Shown here one piece after another: positions 17,063-24,619 of a stretch of 32,000 bases of DNA. Under the pieces are notes generated by a model. It did no database searches. It was not told where the DNA came from and was given only the letters and a program-made list of their open reading frames with translations. The stretch is from NCBI GenBank assembly GCA_963843975.1, contig CAWJMG010000003.1, positions 1,620,001 to 1,652,000 of the forward strand. The letters run 5' to 3'. The position numbers were made by a program, and so were the translations under genes. This stretch comes from an uncultured Actinomycetes bacterium (GTDB taxonomy: Bacteria > Actinomycetota > Actinomycetes > S36-B12 > CAIYMF01). Position 1 is the first letter of the stretch; each line of letters begins with the position of its first letter.

Positions 17063-17880
17063 GACGGACCTTGCCCGCCGACGGTGGCGTTGAGCCGCAG
17101 CCGCCAGCGCGCGGACCGTGGGCCCGTGCCCGCCAGCGCGGGGTCGAGCAGTGACACTCCCGACGGCAGCCGGGACGCGCACTCGGCCAGCAACTCATCG
17201 CTCACCCCCAGGGTCTCGCCGAGGTAGCCGAGCCGTTTGAAGACCGTCCCGTTACCCACCCGGTCCCCGTAGGTCAGCAGCTGGGCAGGATCGTGATCGT
17301 CGAGGTAGGCACCCAGCACCTCGCCGGCGACGCGGATCCCGCCGCCGAGCCGTGGATCGTCGAGGATGTCGATCACCGTTCGCGCAGGATCCGCGATCCG
17401 GATCCTGCGCTCCTCATGCCACTCCATGGCCATCCCCCACTCGAGCGCCTCACGGTTGGTGTGCGCGAGCAGGTAGTCGGTGTCGAGGAGGCGTTGGCGT
17501 GACCGACGGACCCGGGCGGCGGACTTGATCACGATCGTGCGGAACGACTGCTCGGTCAGGCCCCAGTGGTTGGCCGCGGTCCACCCGGACACGTAGCACG
17601 GGTCCCAGACCGCGTCCGCGAGCACCATCGGGTCCGCACCCCACGACGCCGGGTCCGGGGCATCCACCGGCACGGGGATGTAGAGGTCCCGGCGGACTCG
17701 CCGCAGCCAGCCCTGCTCAGCCCACCGGGCCAGGCGCTTCGCGGCCTCGGGACGATCGACGGCCAGGGCCGCCTCGACGTCCGACACGGTCACGAACCGG
17801 CGACCGTAGCCGACCACCCGAACCAAGTCGGCCCGGGACGCCCCCGAGATCCCCGACAGCATGCGACAAACATACACCAC
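17059..17880 (-). CDS. type IV TA system AbiEi-family antitoxin/transcriptional regulator
   Basis: N-terminal wHTH-like segment: FVTVSDVEAALAVDRPEAAKRLARWAEQGWLRRVRRDLYIPVP. The C-terminal domain is typical of AbiEi. The start is ambiguous: GTG 17880 (GGAG 3 nt upstream) or ATG 17862. Confidence 0.8.
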   Translation of the reverse strand: MVYVCRMLSGISGASRADLVRVVGYGRRFVTVSDVEAALAVDRPEAAKRLARWAEQGWLRRVRRDLYIPVPVDAPDPASWGADPMVLADAVWDPCYVSGWTAANHWGLTEQSFRTIVIKSAARVRRSRQRLLDTDYLLAHTNREALEWGMAMEWHEERRIRIADPARTVIDILDDPRLGGGIRVAGEVLGAYLDDHDPAQLLTYGDRVGNGTVFKRLGYLGETLGVSDELLAECASRLPSGVSLLDPALAGTGPRSARWRLRLNATVGGQGPS

Positions 17881-17882
17881 AT

Positions 17883-17940
17883 ACTCCGTCTAGGAGTTAT
17901 TAACTGGTGTTGCATTGTCGACAGACTGAAACCACGGAGT
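17883..17940. promoter_or_regulatory. candidate abiE promoter/operator region
   Basis: This is the most AT-rich stretch of the window. It holds a perfect palindrome AGTTA-T-TAACT (17895-17905), flanked by the 7-bp inverted repeats ACTCCGT (17883-17889) and ACGGAGT (17934-17940). AbiEi proteins are known to autoregulate through inverted repeats. Confidence 0.3.
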
Positions 17941-17982
17941 GCGTCCTGGATAGCGTGAATCCGTCACGGTTGGGGGCGCGAC

Positions 17983-18121
17983 TGGGTTCATCCTGGGTTC
18001 GAACGTGCAACCAGCCCTCGAAATGAGCCACATCACCTAAGCACGAGAACCGTTGGGCCCCAACATCTTTCGGCCCTACTCGGGAAAGTCCAACATGCCC
18101 TGGAACGGCTCAGGCGCGTCT
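17983..18121 (+). repeat. 139-nt direct repeat, copy 2 (upstream of abiEi, abutting the tRNA-Lys fragment)
   Basis: See copy 1. Similarity ends at ...caggcgcgtct, whose last two bases (ct, 18120-18121) are also the first two of the tRNA-like anticodon loop (ctcttaa). Confidence 0.85.
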
Positions 18122-18161
18122 CTTAATCCGCGGGTTGTAGGTTCAAGTCCTACGCGGCGTA
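18120..18161 (+). pseudogene. tRNA-Lys(CUU) 3' fragment (anticodon loop to discriminator)
   Basis: Parses as ctcttaa (loop CU-CUU-AA), tccgc (stem 3' strand), gggtt (variable), gtagg-ttcaagt-cctac (T arm), gcggcgt (acceptor 3' strand), a. No complementary 5' acceptor strand, D arm or anticodon-stem 5' strand lies upstream, where cgcgt does not pair with tccgc. Confidence 0.7.
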
Positions 18162-18168
18162 CTGGTGG

Positions 18169-18199
18169 AAAGGCCCGGTCCTCTCAGGACCGGGCCTTT
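18169..18199. terminator. strong hairpin (13-bp perfect stem), likely the original tRNA terminator and possibly bidirectional
   Basis: aaaggcccggtcc-tctca-ggaccgggccttt, starting 8 nt after the tRNA fragment. Confidence 0.6.
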
Positions 18200-18319
18200 C
18201 TCCGTCCGGGCTCGGATCCGCCCGTGATCGCGGCCGGCGGCCCACCTCCGGACATGGCTGTACGCCGGATCCGCGCGCCCTGGTGGTGCGGTCGGTCCGG
18301 CGTCAGCCGTGCGCAGGGG

Positions 18320-19924
18320 CTAGAAGGGCGGGGGGTCATCGTCGGGCGGCCCGGCGCCGGCGGTCGGCGTGGGCTCGGGGTCGGGCGGGTCGGGCGTGTC
18401 CAGGAACGGACGCGGCGGGAGCTGCACGACCTGCCCCCACAGGGTCGCCCAGGTGCACGACCCGTCGGACCGGGAGTCGGTGACGTCGACCTTCCGGGCG
18501 GTCTTGAGCTGATGGCTCGGGACGCAGAACCCGCCGCAGTTGCTCGCCGACGTGGAGCCGTGCGGCCACTCCTCGGCGTGATCCATCTGCAGCGCGATCG
18601 AGGGGCTGGAGTGCTGGTGAACCGGGTTGCGGCAGATGTCGCGGTCGAGCACGAACGCCCGGAGATGGTCGCAGGTGTACTCGCGCGTGCCGCGGTCGAT
18701 GAGGTGGTCGTCGTCCGGGTCGGTGACGAACCGCCGGAACGTCGTGGCGACCGCGGCGTACTCCCGGCCGATCTCCGCCGGGACGGGCTGGCCGTCCAGC
18801 AGCGCGATCCGCTCGCGCTCGCGGGTCAGGGACAGGAGGTCGATGGTCAGGTTCAGGTGCACCACCGTGGACGCAGCACGGTCCCAGGTGACCGAGCCGT
18901 CCGGGCCCACGGTGCCCAGCACCCGCGCCGCGAGCGCGGTGGCGCGCGCGGCGTCGGCGCTCTCCTCCGGAGCCTCCCGCGCGGTCGCGTCGGCGTCGCT
19001 CGGGCCGTCCGGCGTCGCGCCGCCCGTGGCTGCGGCGTCGCGGGCGGTCTTCTTCAGGGCGCGGGCGTCGGCGGCGATGGTCTCGTGGACGGCGTTGACC
19101 ACGGCCCAGTCGTCGACGTAGCCGAGCATGCCCATGCCGTCGGCCAGGCGCTTCACCCAGACCGTGCGGTCCTTCTTCCTCGCCCGACGGTGGCGCTCGG
19201 CTGCGTCCGGGTCGAACCGGACGACGAGCTTCTCCACCTCGGTGCCGAACTGGCCCGGCGTGCGGGTCAGGGCACGGACGAGGGCCCGCTCACCGATCTG
19301 GGCCAGCGCCGCCTCGTCGGCGACGAACCGGGTGCGGTCCACGAGCACCGCGCAGTGCGCCCACGACACCCGCCCGCCGCGCAGCGCGGTGAGGAGGTCC
19401 GGAAACGTCGAGGTGATCGTGCGCGCGACCTCCAGCGCCTTGCCGGCGGCGTACTCCGAGGTGCGGCCCGCGACCGCGATCTCGTGCTCGATGTGCACCT
19501 CGTCGAGGTGCGCCCCCGCCGGCGTCGTGCCGCCGAGCGCGGTCAGCGCCCGGATCCGCAGCGCCGAGACCAGGCCCTCCACCTTGGTCAGCGCCCGGAG
19601 CACCGCGACCCGGTCCTCCGGATCGGCAAGCGAGGCCGGGTCGAGATCCGACAGCACGCCGAGGTCGAACGAGTCCGCCGCGGATCCCTCGTCCGTCAGC
19701 AGCGACAGCGCCTGCACCGGATCGGCGAGCAGGTGCGACAGGGCCGGGTGCTCGTCGATCTCGTCCGGATGCGGCAGCGCGTCGGCGTCGCGGCATCCGA
19801 GCTCGACCATGAGCGCCTCGAACTCGGCGACCTCCTGCACCGACGGGTACGGCGACCATTCCGCCGGCATCGGCGCACCCGCCTCGACGTCGACGAAGCA
19901 CGTGGTCCCAGGGGTCATGGTCAC
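18320..19924 (-). CDS. DUF222 domain / HNH endonuclease family protein (REP13E12-like)
   Basis: 534 aa with an N-terminal DUF222-like region (RIRALTAL.., AGRTSEYAAGKALEVAR, VSWAHCAVLVDRT). The C-terminal region has HNH-like spacing: C..R...CR.P.......S....QMDHAEEWPHGSTSASNCGGFCVPSHQLK. The tail is Pro/Asp-rich. Confidence 0.78.
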   Translation of the reverse strand: MTMTPGTTCFVDVEAGAPMPAEWSPYPSVQEVAEFEALMVELGCRDADALPHPDEIDEHPALSHLLADPVQALSLLTDEGSAADSFDLGVLSDLDPASLADPEDRVAVLRALTKVEGLVSALRIRALTALGGTTPAGAHLDEVHIEHEIAVAGRTSEYAAGKALEVARTITSTFPDLLTALRGGRVSWAHCAVLVDRTRFVADEAALAQIGERALVRALTRTPGQFGTEVEKLVVRFDPDAAERHRRARKKDRTVWVKRLADGMGMLGYVDDWAVVNAVHETIAADARALKKTARDAAATGGATPDGPSDADATAREAPEESADAARATALAARVLGTVGPDGSVTWDRAASTVVHLNLTIDLLSLTRERERIALLDGQPVPAEIGREYAAVATTFRRFVTDPDDDHLIDRGTREYTCDHLRAFVLDRDICRNPVHQHSSPSIALQMDHAEEWPHGSTSASNCGGFCVPSHQLKTARKVDVTDSRSDGSCTWATLWGQVVQLPPRPFLDTPDPPDPEPTPTAGAGPPDDDPPPF

Positions 19925-20077
19925 CTCCTACGCTCGCGTGAACTGACGAGGACCATCCTGCCGACCACCTCCGACAACGCACCCGCCGCGAACCCGTGGG
20001 ATCCACAGGATCCGTTCAGCCCCAGGCGAAATCGGGCTGCGAGGTGCCGAGGTTCGAGCCGTGCGGCGCCGACTCGA

Positions 20078-20503
20078 TCAGCCCGGGAGCATCCCGTAGG
20101 CGTACGTCGGGCGCACGCGCAGCACCAGGCGCCGGTCGGCCACCATCGCGCGGCGGTAGTCGTCCCAGTCGGGGTGCTCACCCGACACCGCGCGGTAGTA
20201 GGCCACGAGCTCGTCCACCGTCGCGTCGTCAGGGGCGGCGGCCACGGGCGAGAGGTCGGCCTCGCCCTCGAGCACGACGTACGACCAGAAGTCGTCGGCC
20301 TGCAGGTGCAACGAGACGCGGGAGTCGCGGGCCAGATTCTTGGTCTTGGCACGGTCGGCGGTCAGGGACACACGCATGACGCCCTCGCCGTCGGTCCACT
20401 GCGACACGTGCGAGCTCTGCGGCCGCCCGTCCTTCTTCAGCGTGATGAGCACGCAGCGCCGGTGGGTGCGTGCGTAGTCGAGGGCTGCGGCGAGCTCGGT
20501 CAT
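20078..20503 (-). CDS. PPOX-class (pyridoxamine 5'-phosphate oxidase-like) probable F420-dependent oxidoreductase
   Basis: 141 aa. Pattern CVLITLKKDGRPQSSHV...DGE.V.VS.TADRAKTKNLARD.RVSLHL is typical of the split-barrel PPOX/F420 family. Confidence 0.7.
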   Translation of the reverse strand: MTELAAALDYARTHRRCVLITLKKDGRPQSSHVSQWTDGEGVMRVSLTADRAKTKNLARDSRVSLHLQADDFWSYVVLEGEADLSPVAAAPDDATVDELVAYYRAVSGEHPDWDDYRRAMVADRRLVLRVRPTYAYGMLPG

Positions 20504-20742
20504 CGGTTGCCTCCGGCTGCGGTCGTGGTCGGTCCCGCCACCGTACGTCGGCGCCCGGGAATGTCGCGGCGGTACGCCGAGGCCCGACGTCCCCCCTGCG
20601 CGTCACCTGATCGGGTGGCAGCGGCCGCACGCTCAGCGTGCAGGTGGCCGGCTCTCAGCGTCCTCATACGTAGCGGGTGCATCCTCGCGACGTAACGTGC
20701 GCCAGAGTTGTGCCACGGCACGGCTCCGACCGAGGAGAACCC

Positions 20743-21459
20743 ATGCAGGACCAGGACCGCCCCGGCTTCACGCCCCCGCCCGAAGGCGTCACGCCCGACG
20801 GCCTCGCCGCCCCGGCCGGCACCCCCGAGGTCATCTCCTCCGCCCCGCGCGGCCGCCGCATCGGCACCGGCGTCGTGATCGCCGCCGTCGGCATCACCGC
20901 GCTCGGCATCGCCGGCGCCACGTACGCCGCGGCCTCGGACCCGTCCCCCTCCCCCACCGGCAGCTCGTCCGAGGGGCGGCAGCAGGTGCCCGGCCTCGGC
21001 GGCGGCGACAAGGACGGCGACCACGACGGCCCCGGCCACGACCGCCAGGGCGGGCCCGGAGGTCTCGGCCGCGACGGCCACGGCCCGCGCGGCGGATTCG
21101 GCGCCGCCCTCCACGGCACCTTCGTCGTCCCGGACAAGGACGGCACCGGCTATCAGACCGTCCAGATGCAGCACGGCGTCGTCACCGCGGTGTCCGCGAC
21201 CTCGATCTCCGTGAAGAGCGACGACGGCTTCACCGCCACCTATGTCGTCGACACCGACACCACGGTCAACCGCGACGGCGCCATCGCCGACATCACGGCC
21301 GACGCCGACGTCCTCGTGCAGGGCCTCGTCGACGGCAGCACCGTGACCGCGAAGCGCATCGTCGACACCGCCGCGTTCGGCAAGGGTCACGGCGACCGCG
21401 ACGGCGACGGTCCGGGACGACCGGATTCCCCGTCCGGTGCACCGAGCGCCTCTGCCTGA
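20743..21459 (+). CDS. hypothetical membrane-anchored protein with Gly/Asp/His-rich linker and beta-rich C-terminal domain
   Basis: The ATG at 20743 is preceded by GAGGAG (20732-20737). There is one TM segment (IGTGVVIAAVGITALGIAGATYAA). The linker reads GGGDKDGDHDGPGHDRQGGPGGLGRDGHGPRGG. The beta-rich domain reads GVVTAVSATSISVKSDDGFTATYVVDTDTTV. GC3 is very high. Confidence 0.75.
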   Translation: MQDQDRPGFTPPPEGVTPDGLAAPAGTPEVISSAPRGRRIGTGVVIAAVGITALGIAGATYAAASDPSPSPTGSSSEGRQQVPGLGGGDKDGDHDGPGHDRQGGPGGLGRDGHGPRGGFGAALHGTFVVPDKDGTGYQTVQMQHGVVTAVSATSISVKSDDGFTATYVVDTDTTVNRDGAIADITADADVLVQGLVDGSTVTAKRIVDTAAFGKGHGDRDGDGPGRPDSPSGAPSASA

Positions 21460-21473
21460 GGCATCCTGAGACT

Positions 21474-21507
21474 GAGGCCCCCGCGTCGCCCCCGTCGCGG
21501 GGGCCTC
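21474..21507. terminator. bidirectional hairpin between convergent genes
   Basis: gaggcccccgcg-tcgcccccgt-cgcgggggcctc, a 12-bp perfect stem. Confidence 0.6.
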
Positions 21508-21520
21508 GCTGCGCCCGGGC

Positions 21521-21919
21521 TCAGCCCTCGGCGGCCGCGCCCGGGTCCTCGAGCGGGTCGAGCACGGCCCAGATCATGGGGATCTGCAGCGGCATCCGCG
21601 CCCAGCCGATCAGAGCCTTCGTCGAGGCCAGGCCCTCCTCGGACGTCGCGTTGAGCGCGAACTGCAGGTTGGACGGCCACACCGCCAGCAGGAGCACGGC
21701 GCTGGCCGGTCCCGCCCACCGCCGCCGGGTGAGCAGCCCGTAGGCGCACGCGAGCTCGACCGCCCCGGCCGCGATGTTCACCGCCGTCGGCGCCGGCACC
21801 CAGGGCGGCATGAACTCGTCGAACGCCGCCGGGCGCACGATGTGCAGCACCCCGGACGCCGTGAAGAGCCCGCCGACGCCGAGCCGGAGCCCGCGCCGCA
21901 CCTTCGCCGCCCGCGTCAC
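21521..21919 (-). CDS. small membrane protein (DoxX-like)
   Basis: This is the C-terminal 132 codons of track ORF 21521..22396, with about 4 hydrophobic segments. The GTG at 21919 overlaps the SDR stop (GTGA). The family call is from memory only. Confidence 0.55.
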   Translation of the reverse strand: MTRAAKVRRGLRLGVGGLFTASGVLHIVRPAAFDEFMPPWVPAPTAVNIAAGAVELACAYGLLTRRRWAGPASAVLLLAVWPSNLQFALNATSEEGLASTKALIGWARMPLQIPMIWAVLDPLEDPGAAAEG

Positions 21920-22686
21920 GGCGCGGGCCAGGTCTCGGGGATGCCGTGGCCGCCGTCGACCACGAGCGTCGACCCGGTGACGAACGACGCCGACTCGTGG
22001 GCGAGGAAGAGCACCGCGGCGGCCACCTCGTCCGACGTGCCGCTGCGGCCGAAAGGCCCGGCGGTCGCGGCGTCGGCCTCGAAGCCGAGCTGCGAGGCGG
22101 TGGCGATGTAGCCGGGCGCGACGACGTTCACCGTGATGCCGTCGCCGACCACCTCGAGCGCCAGGCTGCGGGCGAGGCCGACGAGCGCCGCCTTCGACGC
22201 GCCGTACGACGCCTGCCTGGGCATCGCGTTGACGGGGCCGGTGGTGGACGCCACGGTGACGATGCGGCCGTAGCCCGCCTCCCGCATGGTCGGGACCACC
22301 GCACGGCTTGCGAGGAACGCGGTCGTGAGGTTGCGCGAGATCGCGGCGTCCCAGGCCGCGAGCGGCAGGTCGGCGACCTCGCCGTCGACGTCCCATCCCG
22401 ACACGACCGAGGTCATGCCCGCGTTGTTCACGAGGATGTCGAGGCGTCCCCAGCGTTCGAGCGCGGCCTGCACCAGCAGGTCGGCGGCGCCGTCAGCGGT
22501 GAGGTCGGCGACGACTCCGACGGCGTCGTCGCCCAGCTCGGCCGCCCGCTCGTGCACCCGTTCGCTCGTCGCGCCCAGCACCACCCGGCCACCCTCCGCG
22601 ACGAGGCCGCGCGCGCACGCGAAGCCGATGCCATCGGCGGAGCCCGCACCGGTGATCACCGCGACGCGGCCGTCGAACCTGCCCAT
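21916..22686 (-). CDS. SDR-family oxidoreductase (FabG-like)
   Basis: TGAGSADGIG cofactor motif, NNAG, and the catalytic S...YGASK motif. 256 aa. Confidence 0.9.
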   Translation of the reverse strand: MGRFDGRVAVITGAGSADGIGFACARGLVAEGGRVVLGATSERVHERAAELGDDAVGVVADLTADGAADLLVQAALERWGRLDILVNNAGMTSVVSGWDVDGEVADLPLAAWDAAISRNLTTAFLASRAVVPTMREAGYGRIVTVASTTGPVNAMPRQASYGASKAALVGLARSLALEVVGDGITVNVVAPGYIATASQLGFEADAATAGPFGRSGTSDEVAAAVLFLAHESASFVTGSTLVVDGGHGIPETWPAP

Positions 22687-22697
22687 GATCGGCCTTC

Positions 22698-23045
22698 CTA
22701 GAGGTAGAGACCGGGGGCGCCGTCGCCGCTGACGCGGTGAGCAGCGAGGGCATGGGCGTCGCGCTCGCGGAGCAGGACGTACTCGGCGGCCTGGATCTCG
22801 ACCTCAGGGTGGTCCTCCGGGTCGAACAGCACCTGGTCGCCCACCTCGATCGAGCGGACGTTCGGGCCCGTGGCCACGACGCGCGCCCAGCTCAGGCGGC
22901 GGCCGACCTGCGCCGTGGCCGGGATGAGGATGCCGCCGCCGGAGCGGCGCTCGCCGTCCTCGTCGACCTTCACGAGGACGCGGTCGTGCAGCAGCTTGAT
23001 CGGCACCGAGCCGTCAGGCAGCGGGGTGGTGTCAGGGGTGCTCAC
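22698..23045 (-). CDS. GroES (Cpn10) family protein, divergent paralogue
   Basis: Has the GroES fold pattern: IKLLHDRVLVKVDE......GGILIP.......WARVVATGP......VGDQVLF......EV......YVLLRERD. Confidence 0.72.
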   Translation of the reverse strand: MSTPDTTPLPDGSVPIKLLHDRVLVKVDEDGERRSGGGILIPATAQVGRRLSWARVVATGPNVRSIEVGDQVLFDPEDHPEVEIQAAEYVLLRERDAHALAAHRVSGDGAPGLYL

Positions 23046-23068
23046 GCCCCGGAGCGTACGTGCCCCGG

Positions 23069-23668
23069 TCAGGAGGAGCGGCGGCGGCTGATGCCGACGA
23101 CGACCACGAGGCCGACGACGACGCCCGCGGCGATGAGCACGCGGTCGGGCTTGATCCCGCCGAACTCGTCGACGAACACGCCCTTGACCTTGGCCAGCTG
23201 GCGGTTGGCGACGTTCTTCGGGGCGACGTACTCCTGCAGGTCGTCGATACGGCCGGCGAGGCGGTCGCGGGTGGCGTCGAGATCGGCCTGGATCTCGGAC
23301 ACGCTGCGCTGCGGCGGCTTGGGCTTCTCGCCGGCGGCCGCGGCCTTGGCGTCCGCGACGGCGGACTTCGTGCCGGCCTTGGCGTCGGCGACGGCGTCCT
23401 TCGCGGCGCTGCCCGCGGCTGCGGCCTTCTTCTCGACCGTCGCGGCCTGCTTCTCGACCGAGGCAGCGGTCTTCTCGACGCCGGCCGCGGTCCTCTCAGC
23501 AGCCTTGTCGGCGGTCTTCTCGACCGACTTCTCGGCCTTCTTCGCGGTGTCGGCCGCGGCGGAGCCGTCGTCCTTCACGGCGTCCGTGGCGGACGACGCG
23601 GCGTCCTTCACGGCCTCGGCGGCCTTGTCTGCGGTGTCGCGCACGGAGGCGGAGGTGGAGTCGCTCAC
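23069..23668 (-). CDS. DUF3618-like protein with Ala/Lys-rich repeats and C-terminal TM anchor
   Basis: N-terminal imperfect repeats (xEKTAAxVEKxAA, KDAVADAKAG). A segment SVSEIQADLDATRDRLAGRIDDLQEYVAPKNV resembles DUF3618. C-terminal anchor: LIAAGVVVGLVVVVGI. Confidence 0.68.
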   Translation of the reverse strand: MSDSTSASVRDTADKAAEAVKDAASSATDAVKDDGSAAADTAKKAEKSVEKTADKAAERTAAGVEKTAASVEKQAATVEKKAAAAGSAAKDAVADAKAGTKSAVADAKAAAAGEKPKPPQRSVSEIQADLDATRDRLAGRIDDLQEYVAPKNVANRQLAKVKGVFVDEFGGIKPDRVLIAAGVVVGLVVVVGISRRRSS

Positions 23669-23670
23669 GG

Positions 23671-23698
23671 GCCGAGCCTACGCCGTACGGCGCTCGGC
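23671..23698. terminator. imperfect hairpin downstream of the ABC permease
   Basis: gccgag..cgccg-ta-cggcg-ctcggc, about 11 bp with a bulge. Lies between the permease stop (23717) and the next gene. Confidence 0.3.
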
Positions 23699-23716
23699 GC
23701 AGGCCGGGACGTGGGA

Positions 23717-24619
23717 TCAGACCCGGGTGGGCGCTGCTGCGGTGACGAGGCCGGTGGCCGAGGCGTCGGTGTGGTCGTCGAGCCCGGCCGTGCGGCCGAG
23801 GCCCTTCGCACCCTTGGCGAGCAGCACGACCAGGAAGACCGTGGCGTTGACGAGCACGATCGTCGTGCCGGACGGGATCTCCAGCTGGTACGAGAGGTAC
23901 ATGCCGACGGCGCCGGCGGCAGTGCCGAGCGCCGTGGCGATCCACAGCATCCGGCCGAACGAATCGGTGAGCATGCGCGCGACGACCGGCGGGATCACCA
24001 GCGTGGCGGCCACCAGCGTGACGCCGATGATCGAGAGCGTCGCCAGGATCGACATCGAGAGCACGACCATGAGGATCGTGTCCATGAGGCCGACATTGAC
24101 GCCGGACACCTTGGCCACCTCGGGGTCGAACGTGGAGAACAGCAGCTGCCGGTAGAGCACGGTGAAGACCGCCACCGTGCCGAGGAAGACGCCGCCGAGC
24201 AGCATGAGGTCGCCGGCCGAGACGCCGTTGATGCTGCCGAACAGCAGGCTGTCGAACGCCGGACCCTTGTTGCCGAACTTCGTCAGCAGCGCGACGCCGA
24301 GCGCGAAGGACGCGGTGGTGACGACGCCGATCGCGGCGTCGGCGCCGATGCGGTGACGACGGGTGACGGCGTTGATCGCGAGCGCCGACGCGAGGCCCCA
24401 CAGTCCTGCGCCGAGGACGATCGGAATGCCGAGCAGCGGAGCTGCGGCGTATCCGCCGAAGATCGCGTGCGAGAGGCCGTGACCGATGTAGCTCATCCCG
24501 CGCAGCGTGATGAAGACGCCGATGAGGCCGCACAGCCCGCCCGCGAGGAGCGCGGCAGCGAGGCCCTTGACGAAGAACTGGTACTGGAACGGGTCGAGCA
24601 GCGACTCGAGGAGGCTCAT
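23717..24619 (-). CDS. metal ABC transporter permease (ZnuB/TroD/MntB-type)
   Basis: This is the C-terminal 300 codons of track ORF 23717..25477. Starts MSLLESLLDPFQYQFFVKGL... and contains GMSYIGHGLSHAIFGG, with 8-9 TM segments. The ATG at 24619 overlaps the ATPase stop (ATGA). Confidence 0.9.
   Translation of the reverse strand: MSLLESLLDPFQYQFFVKGLAAALLAGGLCGLIGVFITLRGMSYIGHGLSHAIFGGYAAAPLLGIPIVLGAGLWGLASALAINAVTRRHRIGADAAIGVVTTASFALGVALLTKFGNKGPAFDSLLFGSINGVSAGDLMLLGGVFLGTVAVFTVLYRQLLFSTFDPEVAKVSGVNVGLMDTILMVVLSMSILATLSIIGVTLVAATLVIPPVVARMLTDSFGRMLWIATALGTAAGAVGMYLSYQLEIPSGTTIVLVNATVFLVVLLAKGAKGLGRTAGLDDHTDASATGLVTAAAPTRV

Noticed and set aside
17983-18161. Repeat copy 2 plus the tRNA-like end as a complete tmRNA, RNase P RNA, SRP RNA or intact tRNA
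   Set aside because: The 3' acceptor strand gcggcgt has no complementary 5' strand. There is no GGGG...tmRNA 5' end or resume-codon/tag region. gggaaagtcc only superficially resembles the RNase P GAGGAAAGUCC motif and the rest does not follow. The 31 nt before the anticodon loop cannot form D or anticodon stems.
18053-20695. 880-aa ORF on the + strand
   Set aside because: It runs antisense through the DUF222/HNH and PPOX genes, and also across the repeat copy, the tRNA fragment and a terminator hairpin. It has no recognisable domains and an Arg/Gly/Val-rich composition.
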